From assembly GCA_050575255.1 (NCBI GenBank), contig JBNZDD010013678.1, positions 3,986,690 to 4,050,689 of the forward strand: 64,000 nucleotides of DNA, read 5' to 3'. Of the stretch, positions 48,967 to 61,215 are shown in pieces. The DNA comes from Harriotta raleighana (taxonomy: Eukaryota). Under the pieces are notes generated by a model. It saw only the letters and a program-made list of their open reading frames with translations. It searched no databases and had not been told where the DNA came from. Position 1 is the first letter of the stretch, and every line of letters starts with the position of its first letter. The position numbers and the translations under genes are program-made.

Positions 48967-50973
48967 TAGAATCATAGAATCATGGAATTATATGGCACAA
49001 AAGGAGGCCATTTGGCCCATATAGTCTATGCCGGCTCTTTGAACAGAGCAATTCAATCCCACTGCCCAGCTTTCTCCCCATAACCTAACAGACCTGCTCT
49101 TTCTAAATAAAGATCTAGTTCCCTTTTAAAAGCTGTTATGGAATCTGCCTCCACCACCTTTTCAGGCAATGCATTCCAGATTCAAACAGTCCGCTGAGTG
49201 AAAAAAATTCTCCTCAGCTCCCCTCTGCTTCGTTTTGAAACTATTTTAAATCTGGGACCACGAGTCACTGATTCTCTCACCAGTGGAAACAGTCTTTCCC
49301 TATTCACCCTGTCGAAATCTCTCATAATCTTATAAACCTCTATTAGGTCTCCTCTTGATCTTCTTTGTTCTAGAGAGAGTAAGCCTAGCCTATCTTGCAT
49401 TTCCTCATAGCTGAAGTCCCTCATTCCTTGTACCATCCTAGTAAAGCTCCTCTGCACCCTTTCCAATGCCTTAATATCCTTCCTAAAGTGTGGTGACCAG
49501 AATTGTACACAGTACTCTAGCTGAGACCTAACCAAAGTCTTACAGAGGTTAATCAGCACTTCCTGACTTTTGTATTCTATACCCCTATTTATAAAGCCTA
49601 GTATCCCATATGCCTTCTTACTGGCTTGTCTACCTGTCCTGCCACTTTCAAAGAGTCAGTAACACAAATCCCCAGGTCTCTCTGTTCCTTCACACCCCTT
49701 GAAATTGTACTATCTAGCCTATATTGCCTCCCCTCATTTCTTCTCCCAAAGTGTATAACCTCACACTTCTCTGTATTAAACTTCATCTGTCATGTGCCTG
49801 CCCAGTTTACCATTTTATCTATATCCTCTTACAGATGGCTACTAACCTCCTCAGTATTTACTATTCTCCCTAACTTAGTATCATCTGCAAATTTGGAAAC
49901 TGTGCTCTCTACACCCAAGTCCAGATCATTACTGTATATTAAAAAGAGCAGTGGTCCCAAAACTGATCCCTGGGAGACGCCACTGCACACTTCCCTCCAG
50001 TCTGAAAAGCAGCCGTTCACCACAACTCTCTGCTTTCTGTCTCGCAGCCAATTGTGGATCCACGCTACCACTGTCCCTTTAACGCCATGGGCCTCTGTTT
50101 TCCTAATAAGTCTCTCATACGGCACTTTGTCAAATGTCTTTTGAAAATCCATGTAAACTACATCAACTGCGCTGCCCTCATTCTGTTAAATCGTTGAAAA
50201 ATTCAATCAGATTTGTAAGGCAAGATTTGCCTTTAACAAATCCCATGCTGGCTGTCCTTTATCAGCCTATATTTTTCTAAGTCAAGATCTATCTTGTCCC
50301 TGATTATAGACTCGAGAAGTTTGCCCACGACCGACATTAGACCAACTGACCTGTAGTTCACAGGTTTGTCCTTCTGCCCCTTTTTATATAAGGGAGTAAC
50401 ATTAGCAATCTTCCAGTTCTCCGGTACCACCCCTATGTCCAAGGAAGATTGAAAGATTGTGGCAGAGTCCCTGCTATTTGCTGTGTACCTCCCTCAGTAA
50501 CCTAGGATGCATTCCATCCGGACCGGGCGACTTATCTACCTTGAGTGCCGTCAACCTTTTTAGTACTTCCTCTCTGGTTATGCTTATCTTATCCATTTCT
50601 CCTGCACTCTCCTCCAATACTGTGACATTGGCTGCATCCTCTTCTCTTGTGAAGACAGAGGCAAAGTACTAATTCAGTACATCAGCAATGCCCTCTGCCT
50701 CCACAATAAGATTTCCTCCTTGGTCTATTAATGGCCCCACCCTTCCCGTGACCAATCTTTTACTTTAATATGTTTGTAAAATACCTTAGGATTCCCTTTA
50801 ATGGTACCCGCTAATTGTTTCTCATGCATTCTTTTTGTCCCTCTAACTTCCTTTTTTAGTTCTCTCCTGCACTTCCTATATTCCGATTGGTTGAATTCTG
50901 TATTCTGGGCTTGCTCCTTATCATAAGCCTCCTTTTTTTGCTTTATTTTCACCCCAATTGCCCTAGTCATCCA
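48967..50973 (-). mobile_element. CR1 LINE, ~2 kb 5'-truncated copy with disrupted reverse transcriptase ORF2
   Basis: RT motifs across frameshifted ORFs: WKIANVTPLYKKG..NYR.V, SQHG, DFQK.FDKVP, QGSVLGPLLF, FADDTKL, FNTEKC, LEYCVQFWSP, RGDLIEVYK. The 3' tail (ATTCTATG)n lies at 48967-48990. Confidence 0.96.
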
Positions 50974-52269
50974 TTATTAGATATAAAAATTAGCAACCAA
51001 TTTCACCCACAAAATTCAAAGTGACTTCACTTAACAGTCTGTCTGGCGGTGTGAGACATCCTCCAGATGTGAATTGCTTTATTTTCATGTAAATAATATT
51101 GTATGGATCCTGTGAAGACGTCCTCCAGATGCTGTATCAGTTGCAAAGATTATTGTTATATTTCATGTAGGAAATTAAACGGTGCACTCTTTCTTTAAAT
51201 CTGTACAGTCATTGTAACACAAAGCAGACAGCTACTGAGAGCAAAGATGTATGAATCCACCTTTCATTTAATTCATGAAGAAGCAAGGAGTGACAGTAAA
51301 AAATGGAGTTTATGTTTTATTATCTGCCTTCACGCTTGGAGAGAAATGTGAATATTCTCTATAATTATCTTGTGATATTTGGAAGAGGAAAGGATCTGTC
51401 CCATAACTGCCTTATATAATATTTACAATTATATTTTAATCATACCGAGCACAATTATTTTCACGTTAGGGGTGGCTGTATTTAATAGCAGTTTCCTTCC
51501 AATTTCATGAGCATCTTTCTTTCTGAGTACGAAACCGAAAACAATGTAAACCTTTGTAATGTGCTCTACTGCAGGGAAGAAATCAGCCTTTTGGGTTTAA
51601 GGAGATTTACCCTGCATTTCAGCGCCTCAAAGAAGGACTCAGGAAAAATAAATTTTTTATATTAATTTTAAATATGCAAGGAAATAATGCAGCCTTCCAT
51701 TTAAAGTAATATTTTGAAACAAACCCAGAAATTGTATGCAGTCATGGCAACCATTCTACTGTTTCAGTAATGGAGGCAAATTAACTCATCGAGAACTGTT
51801 GTGGTATTTTAGTGCAAGAATAACAACTATAAATTTGGTTTTATTTTACTTTGTTTTGTTTGGCGCGCATTATAACCCACACAAAGGTCACTACTTTATT
51901 TTTCTGCTGAGTATTTAGCAACCAAAAATGGCAACAGATTATTTTTGCAGATGTTTTATTCCAAAACATCCACTCAGACAATGTTAATAAAAAGCTGCTC
52001 TGACATGCTGTCATCCTAAAAATAGGAAAATCCTTTCAGTCGGTGCAGATGTTGGTGCTGGCAAAGTCTGGCTTGGAAAGAAGGCAAATAGAAAGTGCTC
52101 ATCAGTACATGTGTGCTTTGCCTGTAGTGCCAGTTTGCTGTTTGAACACCTGAATAAAGTCTTATTCTGCAAGTGAGCACCTTTATTAACATTTCTTAAG
52201 AAAATGATGTGTTTTTCTGGGGAATTTGTTTGAGTTGAACCAAGTCATTCTTCTTCGAACGTGTCTACA

Positions 52270-52462
52270 AGCATCTCTCACCTCCCCCTGGCTCCATATC
52301 GCGCTCCGCCATGCTCAAGCGCTCTGAGAAGCTACCCTGTGTGAGGGGCGCTATATAAANACCTCCCCCTGGCTCCATATCGCGCTCCATACACATGCTC
52401 AAGCGCTCTGAGAAGCTACCCTGTGTGAGGGGCGCTATATAAATACAACTTGTCGTTGTTGG
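52270..52462 (+). mobile_element. L2 3' tail duplicated across single N at 52360
   Basis: CAAGCGCTCTGAGA...GTGAGGGGCGCTATATAAA occurs twice (52280-52359, 52361-52443) with a small indel. Confidence 0.8.
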
Positions 52463-52811
52463 TGTGCTCCAGTGTGTCCTGGTCTTTGACCAGCATATGG
52501 GGCTCCTGATGGATCCACAGGTTCCACATGTTCATAGTAACAGAGCTTCTTGGTTGTCTGCTATAGGTTCAAAAAACAGATTCAGACCTTCCTGCAGTTG
52601 GTGGACATGTGTCAGTGTCAAATCTCAGCCACCGCCATTCACACAAGTAGCCTGCATCGGAATAAGAGAGACGGAGTGCAATCTCCTATACCAAGTATAC
52701 CAAAACCCACATAAATTATTATCTAAGTGTCAATCTGTCCAAATGCTTAAACCTACAGAAGTACAGAATATTGTTATAAATGTTTGGAGATGCCACAATT
52801 GATATTCTCTG

Positions 52812-52955
52812 AGACAACAACCACAACTTGAATTTATTTAGCGCCCTCCATGCCAAATGTTATCTCAGAGTGGTTCCCAATAACGGATCTCGGGGCTGAG
52901 CCAGTGGGAGGAGGAAGAAGGTGACCAAAAGTGCGGTCGAAAAGAAAGGTCTTTA
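52812..52955 (-). mobile_element. L2 3' tail
   Basis: ACAACAACCACAACTTGAATTTATTAGCGCCCTCCA...GGTCGAAAAGAAAGGTCTT is the reverse complement of 617-640 plus tail. Confidence 0.75.
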
Positions 52956-55214
52956 GCCCCCGAGACAACCAAGTGGACAGGCATCTATGGGACATCTGTA
53001 AATCTCAGTGAGTGAGTGAGCGAATGAGTGACTTCTGCAGATATTGTGTGCACTGAGGCCTTTAGAACCTAAGAGAATGAGGGCAAGGGTGGGGATGAAC
53101 TGAAGATCTTGAAGCAATAAAAATGCATTGGGGCATATCAATAAAATAACACTTAATAACAGAGCAACCATTACAGTTCCCTGTCTCACCCTCGACTGAG
53201 ATCCATTCTTTCTGCTTAATGTTTTGCTTTTTACGTTGCACAGAAGTGACACTTTTTTCCTTTACTGATACCTCGACGTGTTAACGGAAAGTTTGAAACT
53301 GACTCACACTTTACATGCCGATCCTCCCACGCTCAAATGTAAGTGGTCGATTCCCTCCTTCCAATCTGGTACAGTGGAGAATCACAGCTTCAGCTATAGG
53401 CCTTTGACACGAAACCTTCTGGGCCAATATAACTAGCATTTACACAGATGTGCCACGGTTGAGATTAGGGCCAAAACACTGCTTATGTTAAGTCATTTCG
53501 TTTTTTCTCTCTTGTAAGTCTTTGTGTAGTGCAGAGAGGGAGCAAGTACACTGGCGTTTTTAACACAACACACGGGCAAGTGTGATTAAGCAGCTCTTGA
53601 ATCACAATCTATCCTGTACTATTAATTTTTATGAATATAAATAATACTAAATATGTAGCTGATGTATCTTGACATTTTAAAATATGTTTCTCTGCACACA
53701 CTAGACCAGGCGTGGAATGTTCAGTCTTATATCACTGTCGGAATGGTATTAGACCAGATGGTTGATTCATTGTGGAATCAAGGAGCAGGATAATTTATGC
53801 AGTTCTGTATTATGGCATTCCGTGAATTCAAAGAGTTGATGGCGGGCATACGTGTAAAAGCTGCTCCTTTTCTGCAGTCAAACATCAATAAGAAAAGGTT
53901 AGAGACTGACTAAGTATTTATAGTGTGCCCTGAAGGATTCCTCAATGCCTTTCTATTAAATTAGAAACAAAATGATTTGCATTTAATTAACCCAGAAAAT
54001 ATCTTTTTGCGCCATTTTAAGAAACATATGCTGCTTCTGATTCTTTATCTTCTGCACTGAACATTAGGGATAAGCAACTGAAACCAGAAAATGATAGCAA
54101 AACATATCGGGTTGATCAACATTTGAAAGACAGATAGCTTGATGTTTTGGGAGTAGCGTCAACTGGACAGATGTTGATAGATCTAGTATTTTCTCTCTTT
54201 ATTGCGTATACCTAACATTTTTTGTTTGCTGGGCCCCTACAATTGGTGAAAAAGCATTTGTGTTTTACTTAGCGCTCACTGCAATCCCAGTATTCAGATG
54301 ACCATTCCTCATATCTAAGCTCATGAAATGTCTCAGTGAATGTCATTGTGGTTTTCGAACAGATCATTTTACAAATAACTGCGTTTTGCATATCTACGAA
54401 GCACTGTTTGTCTGCTCTGTTCCTGTAGAACGCTCCAGAATTTCACTGAATGTTGAAAGATGCCACTGATAAATTGACTTGTGTCCATTAGGGACACATC
54501 TTATACCTACCAAAGTGCCAGCAGAATGCTTTTAGGAGAATTATCTCTGTGCAAATAGAAACTAATGATTGCCTTCTGAAAGCTACAAAGGGAAAGGGTT
54601 ACTTACCTCGTTAATGAATTAATTGAACACAGAGATGAAAAGGTAATTTTAATAATTTTAATGCACAATTTAAATTATCCATTCAAAATCACTGCATTGT
54701 TGCAATGCGAAATGTATAATGGGTCATTTTATGATCAGCCGAAAATTACTGTATTCATTTTCATTTTGTCTTTGTTCGTTTTTTTCCCCCAGGTTCCTCT
54801 GGAAATGCCCTCTGGCTGTTCTTTGAGAGGGTTTCTGTCTGACGAGGAGAATCGTTCATATGCAGAAAGCATCATTGGCATAATATGCTGTGGAAATTTC
54901 GGCTCCGTGTGAAATGAGTTCCCCACATTGCACCAGTCTGATGGTTTTGATTCGAACACTTGCAGAGACCCCAGGTCCTTTCTGGAAGACCATTACCATT
55001 CAAGTGTGATGTGAAATGAATGCAAATCATAGATGTCAGAGGAAAAAAACAGCAGCAGCTATAAAGATATAAAGATCATGCATTTGCTGTTTGTGATTTC
55101 ATGGGGTAAAGAGTTCAAGACTATTACGGTGTGATATTTTTGCGTGTGTCTCGAATTGATTACTCACAATTTGGTTCCAAACTTATTTGGGTCATGGAAG
55201 TGCAATACATAAAG

Positions 55215-55545
55215 TACAGCCAGGGTCGGTGTGGGAGATTAATACTCCCCATTCGGTTCGAATCTCGCCCACAAGTTGATAATCAGGGTTCCTCGCACAC
55301 AGCATTTCACCACTTGTTAAGCAGAACACTTGGTGGCAGTGGAGCACTCCATCTCTGAAAGGAGGTAAAACTGACAGGAACCATCCCATACATCAGAAGT
55401 GCACCTCTTGTCAGCTGCTCATGGTGTGGCACTGAGGGTGATCATGAAAATGTCTGCAACCTAGACTGGTCCACTGAAGGAGGAAGTCTGCTAGTGGGTG
55501 GTGGCAGTGCGAGCCTGTAGGGGGTAAAATGGGGGGGAAGTATAA
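55215..55545 (+). mobile_element. Degenerate tRNA-headed SINE, possibly LF-SINE-related
   Basis: A-box-like CAGCCAGGGTCGG, stem-loop GGGAG-ATTAATA-CTCCC and B box GGTTCGAATC. The body has loose resemblance to the remembered LF-SINE consensus. Confidence 0.35.
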
Positions 55546-55599
55546 TACCATGCAAAGACCCCATTATTAAGAAAAAGTACTGTTTCACATTTAAAATAA

Positions 55600-56095
55600 C
55601 AAGACAGTTTAAGGGAGTTAGGGGACTTAAGTATGACATATAGACTGCCTAGACTGGTAGATACTGAATAATGAGGTGTAAAACTGACCTGTTTGGAAGG
55701 ACAATTAACAAATTCGCATTTGGAAACGAGAGAATTGGGACCATTAATCTGCTGCTGAAGTGTACATTGTGAGTACAAACTAAAAGCAATACAGTTAAAT
55801 ACTGTATAATTGAGAAGCATTCTTATAAATGTAACAAAACAGATTCCCTCAGAAATGAATTGGGAAGGAATGCTGTGTTCCTGAGCTATATTAGCAGTAA
55901 ATTCAAATAGGTGAGCAAATGCTGAATGGAAGGATTAAAACAAGCACATTGCCCCGAATGTTTAAAACGAAATAAAGTAATGAATGGTTGAGTATTACAG
56001 AGGAGAGTAAATTGCATCTACTTTGTGTTCAAAAGAGAATAGTGAAGGCAGATCTTATACTGAGTGGGAGAAAGTACTTCTCTTCTCAAAGGTTC
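55600..56095 (+). mobile_element. Highly degraded CR1 RT C-terminal fragment
   Basis: TAGACTGGTAGATAC...GTGTAAAACTGACCTGTTTGGAAGGACAA (KC.V.HFGR.N region) and GTGAAGGCAGATCTTATA (RGDLI region). Confidence 0.45.
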
Positions 56096-56950
56096 ACTAT
56101 ATTTAAACACATCATTTTTTACATGCATTTCAATAACAGTTCTGACTTGCAATACCTCTTGCGTTAAATCCTACTGATTAAACCGTATTAAAGAACCTGA
56201 GACTTTGAAAAGAATTCCTTGTCCCCATAAATTAGGATTAATAAACCAAGCCTAGAATATGTCCGTTTCTATTAAATCCCGAGATGCTCTGTTTTCAGGT
56301 TTAAATAAATATTAATTGTCTGAGATGTACTTAAATATGAAAGAGGAAGTTATTCACCCTTTGAGTGTGCTTCCCATGCAATCACCCTTCCTTGTGAGCT
56401 GTTCCTCCCTGCTACAGCTGTGTTCAGTCAAGTGAGACTTTAATTTGCTGCACAGTGCCACAGTATTAATAGACAATTATTTATAGCAAACGCGGTCCAT
56501 TTATACTCTTTTATTAGCTGACATGGTTGAGAATTCAGATCCAAATGTTAATGTATTCATGACACTGCAGAATTTCATTTTGCACCAGATTTCAAAATTG
56601 GCCTAGATTTCTGCATGAAAATGTACGTGGGGGTGGGTAAGGGGGCCAATGGATATTATTGTTTTAAAATGGTTCCTCTCTACACACTGGTGCATCTTGA
56701 CAAATTACAACAAAACCATAAATGAAACAAGAATGACTGGAAGCCCTTCTGAGATCAAAGCTTAAATATGTTAAAGCAATCCCAATGTACAGTACTTATG
56801 TATTGTGATTCTCTGCATTTGGGCAGCTTTGTTCGCTTCACCGTTTTGGGAGATAATACTACATTTTAAAGGAAAAGCTATACAAAAAAAATCAACTGAG
56901 AACTCCAAAATCATTTGCTACCCAGGCTCTGTGAAACTGGCTTAATGAAG

Positions 56951-57248
56951 ATAATAATAATAATAACAATCCTTGCATTTGATATAGTTCTTTTCACATT
57001 TTCTAGACATCTCAAAACGCTTCACAGAATATACTGGAAAGTGAATTGACTTTGTGGGCAAAAAGCAGTGGTCTACTGCGCACAGCAATGTCCCACAAAC
57101 AGTTGTGGATTGAAATGACCAATTTTTTTTTTTTTTGGAGGGATTATTAGGCGTGTGGAAGAAGGAAACTTGCCCACGGTTTTGCCCTGACCTGCCTGGA
57201 ATTGAACCCAGGTCTCCCACTTGCTCTAACCACTGAGCTACAGGATCC
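56951..57248 (-). mobile_element. Full-length young SINE
   Basis: Reverse complement of 32040-32340 with a small deletion in the anticodon arm. Confidence 0.92.
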
Positions 57249-58875
57249 TTTATTTAAAAGAATCAAAAGTATAAATTCTAATGGTTAGGATTAATTACTG
57301 AATGCACTACTTTGCAAGTGCCTGGTGCAGACTGGGAAGTGATACAATGACTGAAGCACAGTCTTGCACAAGCATTAAAGAACGACATTGCCAATTCTGT
57401 AAAGCCATCTTAACTGGAGGATTGTTTGCGATTGGATCCATTCACATGTCGAATAAACAGTTCACTGAAACCACTAAATCTACTCTACTAATCATGGATA
57501 TTAGGGAGTATGAGAAATGTTCCTTGCGGTAGACTCAAAAGAAGCTTTTCAGACACTGGAGAAAAGAAAGCCAAGTTACAACTTGATTTATTTTGTCATC
57601 AAATAAAATTGATAACATGTCAGTAAGTGTAGAATTGAATCTTAGCTATTTAAAATGTATTGAAGGTTTGTGTTGTATAGCAATAAGTGAACTTGGCCTT
57701 AATATTTTGAAATAATTTAACATCCCAATGACCTGATTTTGAAAGGTGGAAATATAATATGCTCCCGTGGCATTCTGCAATCTCCAGCATAAACCTGGGA
57801 CAACCAGCAGTTTTATTAGCTTGTTTCGTTAGCATTTCATAGCATTTTTATTTTCAATTATTCTTAAATCAAGTCTTAATTTGGAGGCTGGTTTCCTGTT
57901 AAATCTGCGCTGACTGAAACGTAAAGAAGAAAATCAAAGACTGATTCCAGGTGGAATTTCTGCACAGAAATTCAAAGTCAATATTGATTTAATTTTGTTG
58001 GTGCTTTACCACGCTGTGCTGGGTATGGATATGTGCAGCAAGCAATGAATAACTTTTTCTTTCACAAATACAGTCACTGATCTCATTCCATTACACCCAA
58101 GGCTAACAACAAACAGTGTCAATATCGTGGAATCTGCACACACTGAGATGGTCAAAAGTGCCTTGTTGGATATACAGAACTCAGGTTAGTGTGTGTAATA
58201 CACCCTGCTGAGAACTGGCAGCGCTACTAGGATTACTTCAATACACTGGTACAGGATACCCCACAGTTCTGGATCAAGCCATCAATACTCAGTACAAACA
58301 TGGCACTGATTTCATTATCCATACAAACCAATGGGGAGCAATAAATGCGTTTGGAATTCGATTGCATTTCCTTTCTTGGCTCCCACAGTAACACACATAC
58401 ACAGCTGCGTTAAAGACGGGTGTTTGCACTCCAGTGCCAGCAATAATATTAGAATAAAGCTTGAATTCATCTGCATTTTTCGTCACTTTTCAAAAAAAAT
58501 TAGTCGACCGGGAGTCTGACACGCGTAGACCTCATGCTGTGCTCAAGAATCTCTCATCCTAGCAGCCGAGAACCCATAAAAGCAAATATTCCTGTTTTGT
58601 TAGTTCTGGCGAGCACATTCTCTCTCCTTGGGGACCGAGCAATATACACTACCCTACACTTTGATCAGAGAACGCAAGTACAGAAGCAAAAGCATTTAGG
58701 GATGTCAGACCGTACATCGTGGTACTGCTGGAATGGAACCAACTGATATTGCGCACTGGTGCAAAGCATTGACAACCTTCCTCCTGTTTGTTCAGTAAGG
58801 ACCATCCCAGCCATCAAGTCACTGATTTACAGGATTATCAAAGTGGCAAGAATTGAGTCTTCCACTTTGCATATC

Positions 58876-58955
58876 TCATAGAATCATAGAATTACACACA
58901 AGGGGGCCATATGGCCCATCGTCTCTTTGAAAAGAGCTGTCCAAATATGTCCCTC
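58876..58955 (-). mobile_element. CR1 3' terminus
   Basis: TCATAGAATCATAGAATT...GGCCATATGGCCCATC...CTCTTTGAAAAGAGC. Confidence 0.8.
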
Positions 58956-60614
58956 TAGTTCCTAGTTTAAAAAAAGTTTGATAATTTGATGAACCATCAA
59001 TAATGTCCTGGAATACTGCATGCAGCCATTAGTTCTCCAAGTCAAAATCTGGTCAACGAACAGTAGCCAAGGACCAGCAGACGTTTGACATGCACCAATC
59101 TGAGTTCTTGTTAGATGGTTAGCTGGCATTTCTCCATTGCAGTATGGTAAGCAATTAAGTCTATGAGTGCATTAACAGCCACTCTGCAGATCACAACCAG
59201 GAAACAGTCTTATGTCCAGACGGTAAAATAATGACTGTATACCAGTGGGAACCTTGACATTCTAGACGTCCAACATCAGGTACCAGCTTTACCGTACATT
59301 AACTGCATAAAAGGAGCATTATTATTATTATTATTATCCATGGTCATTAGATTATTCCACTGGTTATGCACCATGTGTCAAAATGTAAATGACTTTATGG
59401 CAGTTTTGTATAAAATAGTTTCATTTCATAAATATTTGTCTGGTCAAAAGTGCAATTTTCCAGTCAATCATTTTGAGGGATGTATCTGTGTGTGCTTGTT
59501 TCCCTTAAGAGGCCAACAAAGTACTCACAAAGGTGTGATAAAATAAATAAAGCATGGACAGCCATGGGTCACTATCATGGGGTACTTCAGTACTAATAAA
59601 ATTTGTCGGGAAAGGCTTTGGGATTTTCTCTCCAGACACATATCTTAATATCTTTGTTCTGGCCACTCTTTGCTGTGTTTCTGTGTTTCTAACCTTGTAA
59701 AGGTTTTTGAGATGACTTTCCTATGTAAAACACATAATATGAATGCAAGTTGTTGTTTTCATTACAGTCATTTTACAGCAAAGTGGATAGGTTTATTTTC
59801 AGCCCTGGTACTATGCTGGAGGCCCTAATCCTTTTTGCAACCCCTATTCTTCAAATGATTTACCTGGCATGATCTTATTCAGATACTCATTGGAATATAT
59901 TTCACATAATGTTTATTATCTTTAAAAAAAACACAAAGAGACAAAGAGACTTACCCCAATATATGGGAATCCGTTAAATCTTGGAATAAAATTTTGTATA
60001 CTTTTTAACCCATTCCTTGGGTTAATACTGTACAAGGAAAGGTTATAATTACAGTACAGATTTTACCTCCTTCTTACCTCCTTTGGAATTATGCCAAAGT
60101 GTCATTTAAAGTATGTATTGTACTTCTCTTTCCTTTCTAAACAACTCCCATAGAAGTTATTATTTCCTGTTAATCCTGACAATACACTTTTTGAATCCTT
60201 AAAAGATGATGATAAAAAAAAATGTTGCAGGCTGTCACAGCCACTCAACAATCACATCTTTCTGCAGTTCCACCTAATTCTGGCAAGTAAAGCAGTACAT
60301 TACACTATTCTGGCAGATTCCCATTAAAAATAATAAGGTCAAAAGGTGGGCTGTGAAAACCTGAGCCACCCAGAGAGTCCACACGAGGCGCTTAAATAAC
60401 ATATTCGTGTTACGGGTTGTTAAACAAGCCAAAAAGTCTTAGTTACATCCAGGCACATGAATGTGACCCATCTTGTCATAATCTGCCGTTGCTTAGAAGG
60501 AAGTAGTGTAGGTCATGCTATTAATGACTGCCATTGTCTTCACTTTGTGTCCATCCTGTGCACTTTTCAACAGAATTGGGAACTGGTCTCATTCTCCCCT
60601 TTCCTCATCCACAC

Positions 60615-60725
60615 TCGCCCACAAAATACACAGTCACTCCAGTTTACAGTGTATCCCGTGAAGCGCTCTGAAATGTCTCGACAGCTTGATAAGCTGCTAT
60701 ATTGAATTGCAAGGTTTATTATTAT
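60615..60725 (+). mobile_element. Young SINE 3' fragment
   Basis: GCCCACAAAATACACAGTCA...TTTACAGTGTATCCCGTGAAGCGCTCTGAAATGTCTC...TGCAAGGTTTATTATTA. Confidence 0.75.
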
Positions 60726-60844
60726 CAGGTTAGTTGCAGTGCCTCTACAATAATCTGATAGCTCAGCCAGATCATGGAATTTAATGTCAGATAAGTTGTT
60801 CCCATGAGTTGGCATGATCCCAGCCTCCAGCTCAGTAGCAAATC

Positions 60845-60920
60845 CCTGACTATTCAGCAACTTGGGACATCCTCTTGACGTGAAAGCCACTATACAAATA
60901 TAACTTGATGTTTGTTATTA
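60845..60920 (+). mobile_element. L2 3' tail
   Basis: CCTGACTATTCAGCAACTTGGGACATCCTCTTGACGTGAAAGCCACTATA matches 729-785. Confidence 0.75.
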
Positions 60921-61215
60921 CTGTTGTGATCTAACTGATCTTGATTCAGGGAGTGGCTGGGATGCTGCAATTGGTCTCAGTGCCCCAGATTAAGAGAAAG
61001 AAAATTAGCCCAGTATCCTGATCAATATCTAGTTACTCACCTCCCCCACCCAAAACCCCTCCTTGCTGGATATGCCTATGTGGGGACGAGGGCAGGATAG
61101 GGTTCAGGGATGAACCCACCCCATCCACCTAGATCCAAAAAACTCACCGACATTCAGAGTCAGAAATCACACATGATCAATGCCAATGGACATGTTATCA
61201 CCTTCTGTCGCACCA
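60920..61215 (+). mobile_element. AmnSINE2-like ancient SINE fragment
   Basis: GCAATTGGTCTCAGTGCCCCAG...AAAATTAGCC...CCTGATCAATATCTAG matches 37375-37450. Confidence 0.55.

Noticed and set aside
49626-50144. 172-aa plus-strand ORF, the longest in the window
   Set aside because: Antisense shadow of the CR1 RT. The same applies to 9-248 and 50457-50672.
56942-57220. Family of similar small ORFs (SIHFTVYSVKRFE...) at several loci
   Set aside because: Translations of SINE copies, not a gene family.
59945-59990. Possible 25-nt minus-strand microexon (FNGFPYIG) with GTAAGT donor
   Set aside because: Weak acceptor, length not a multiple of three, and no supporting exons.
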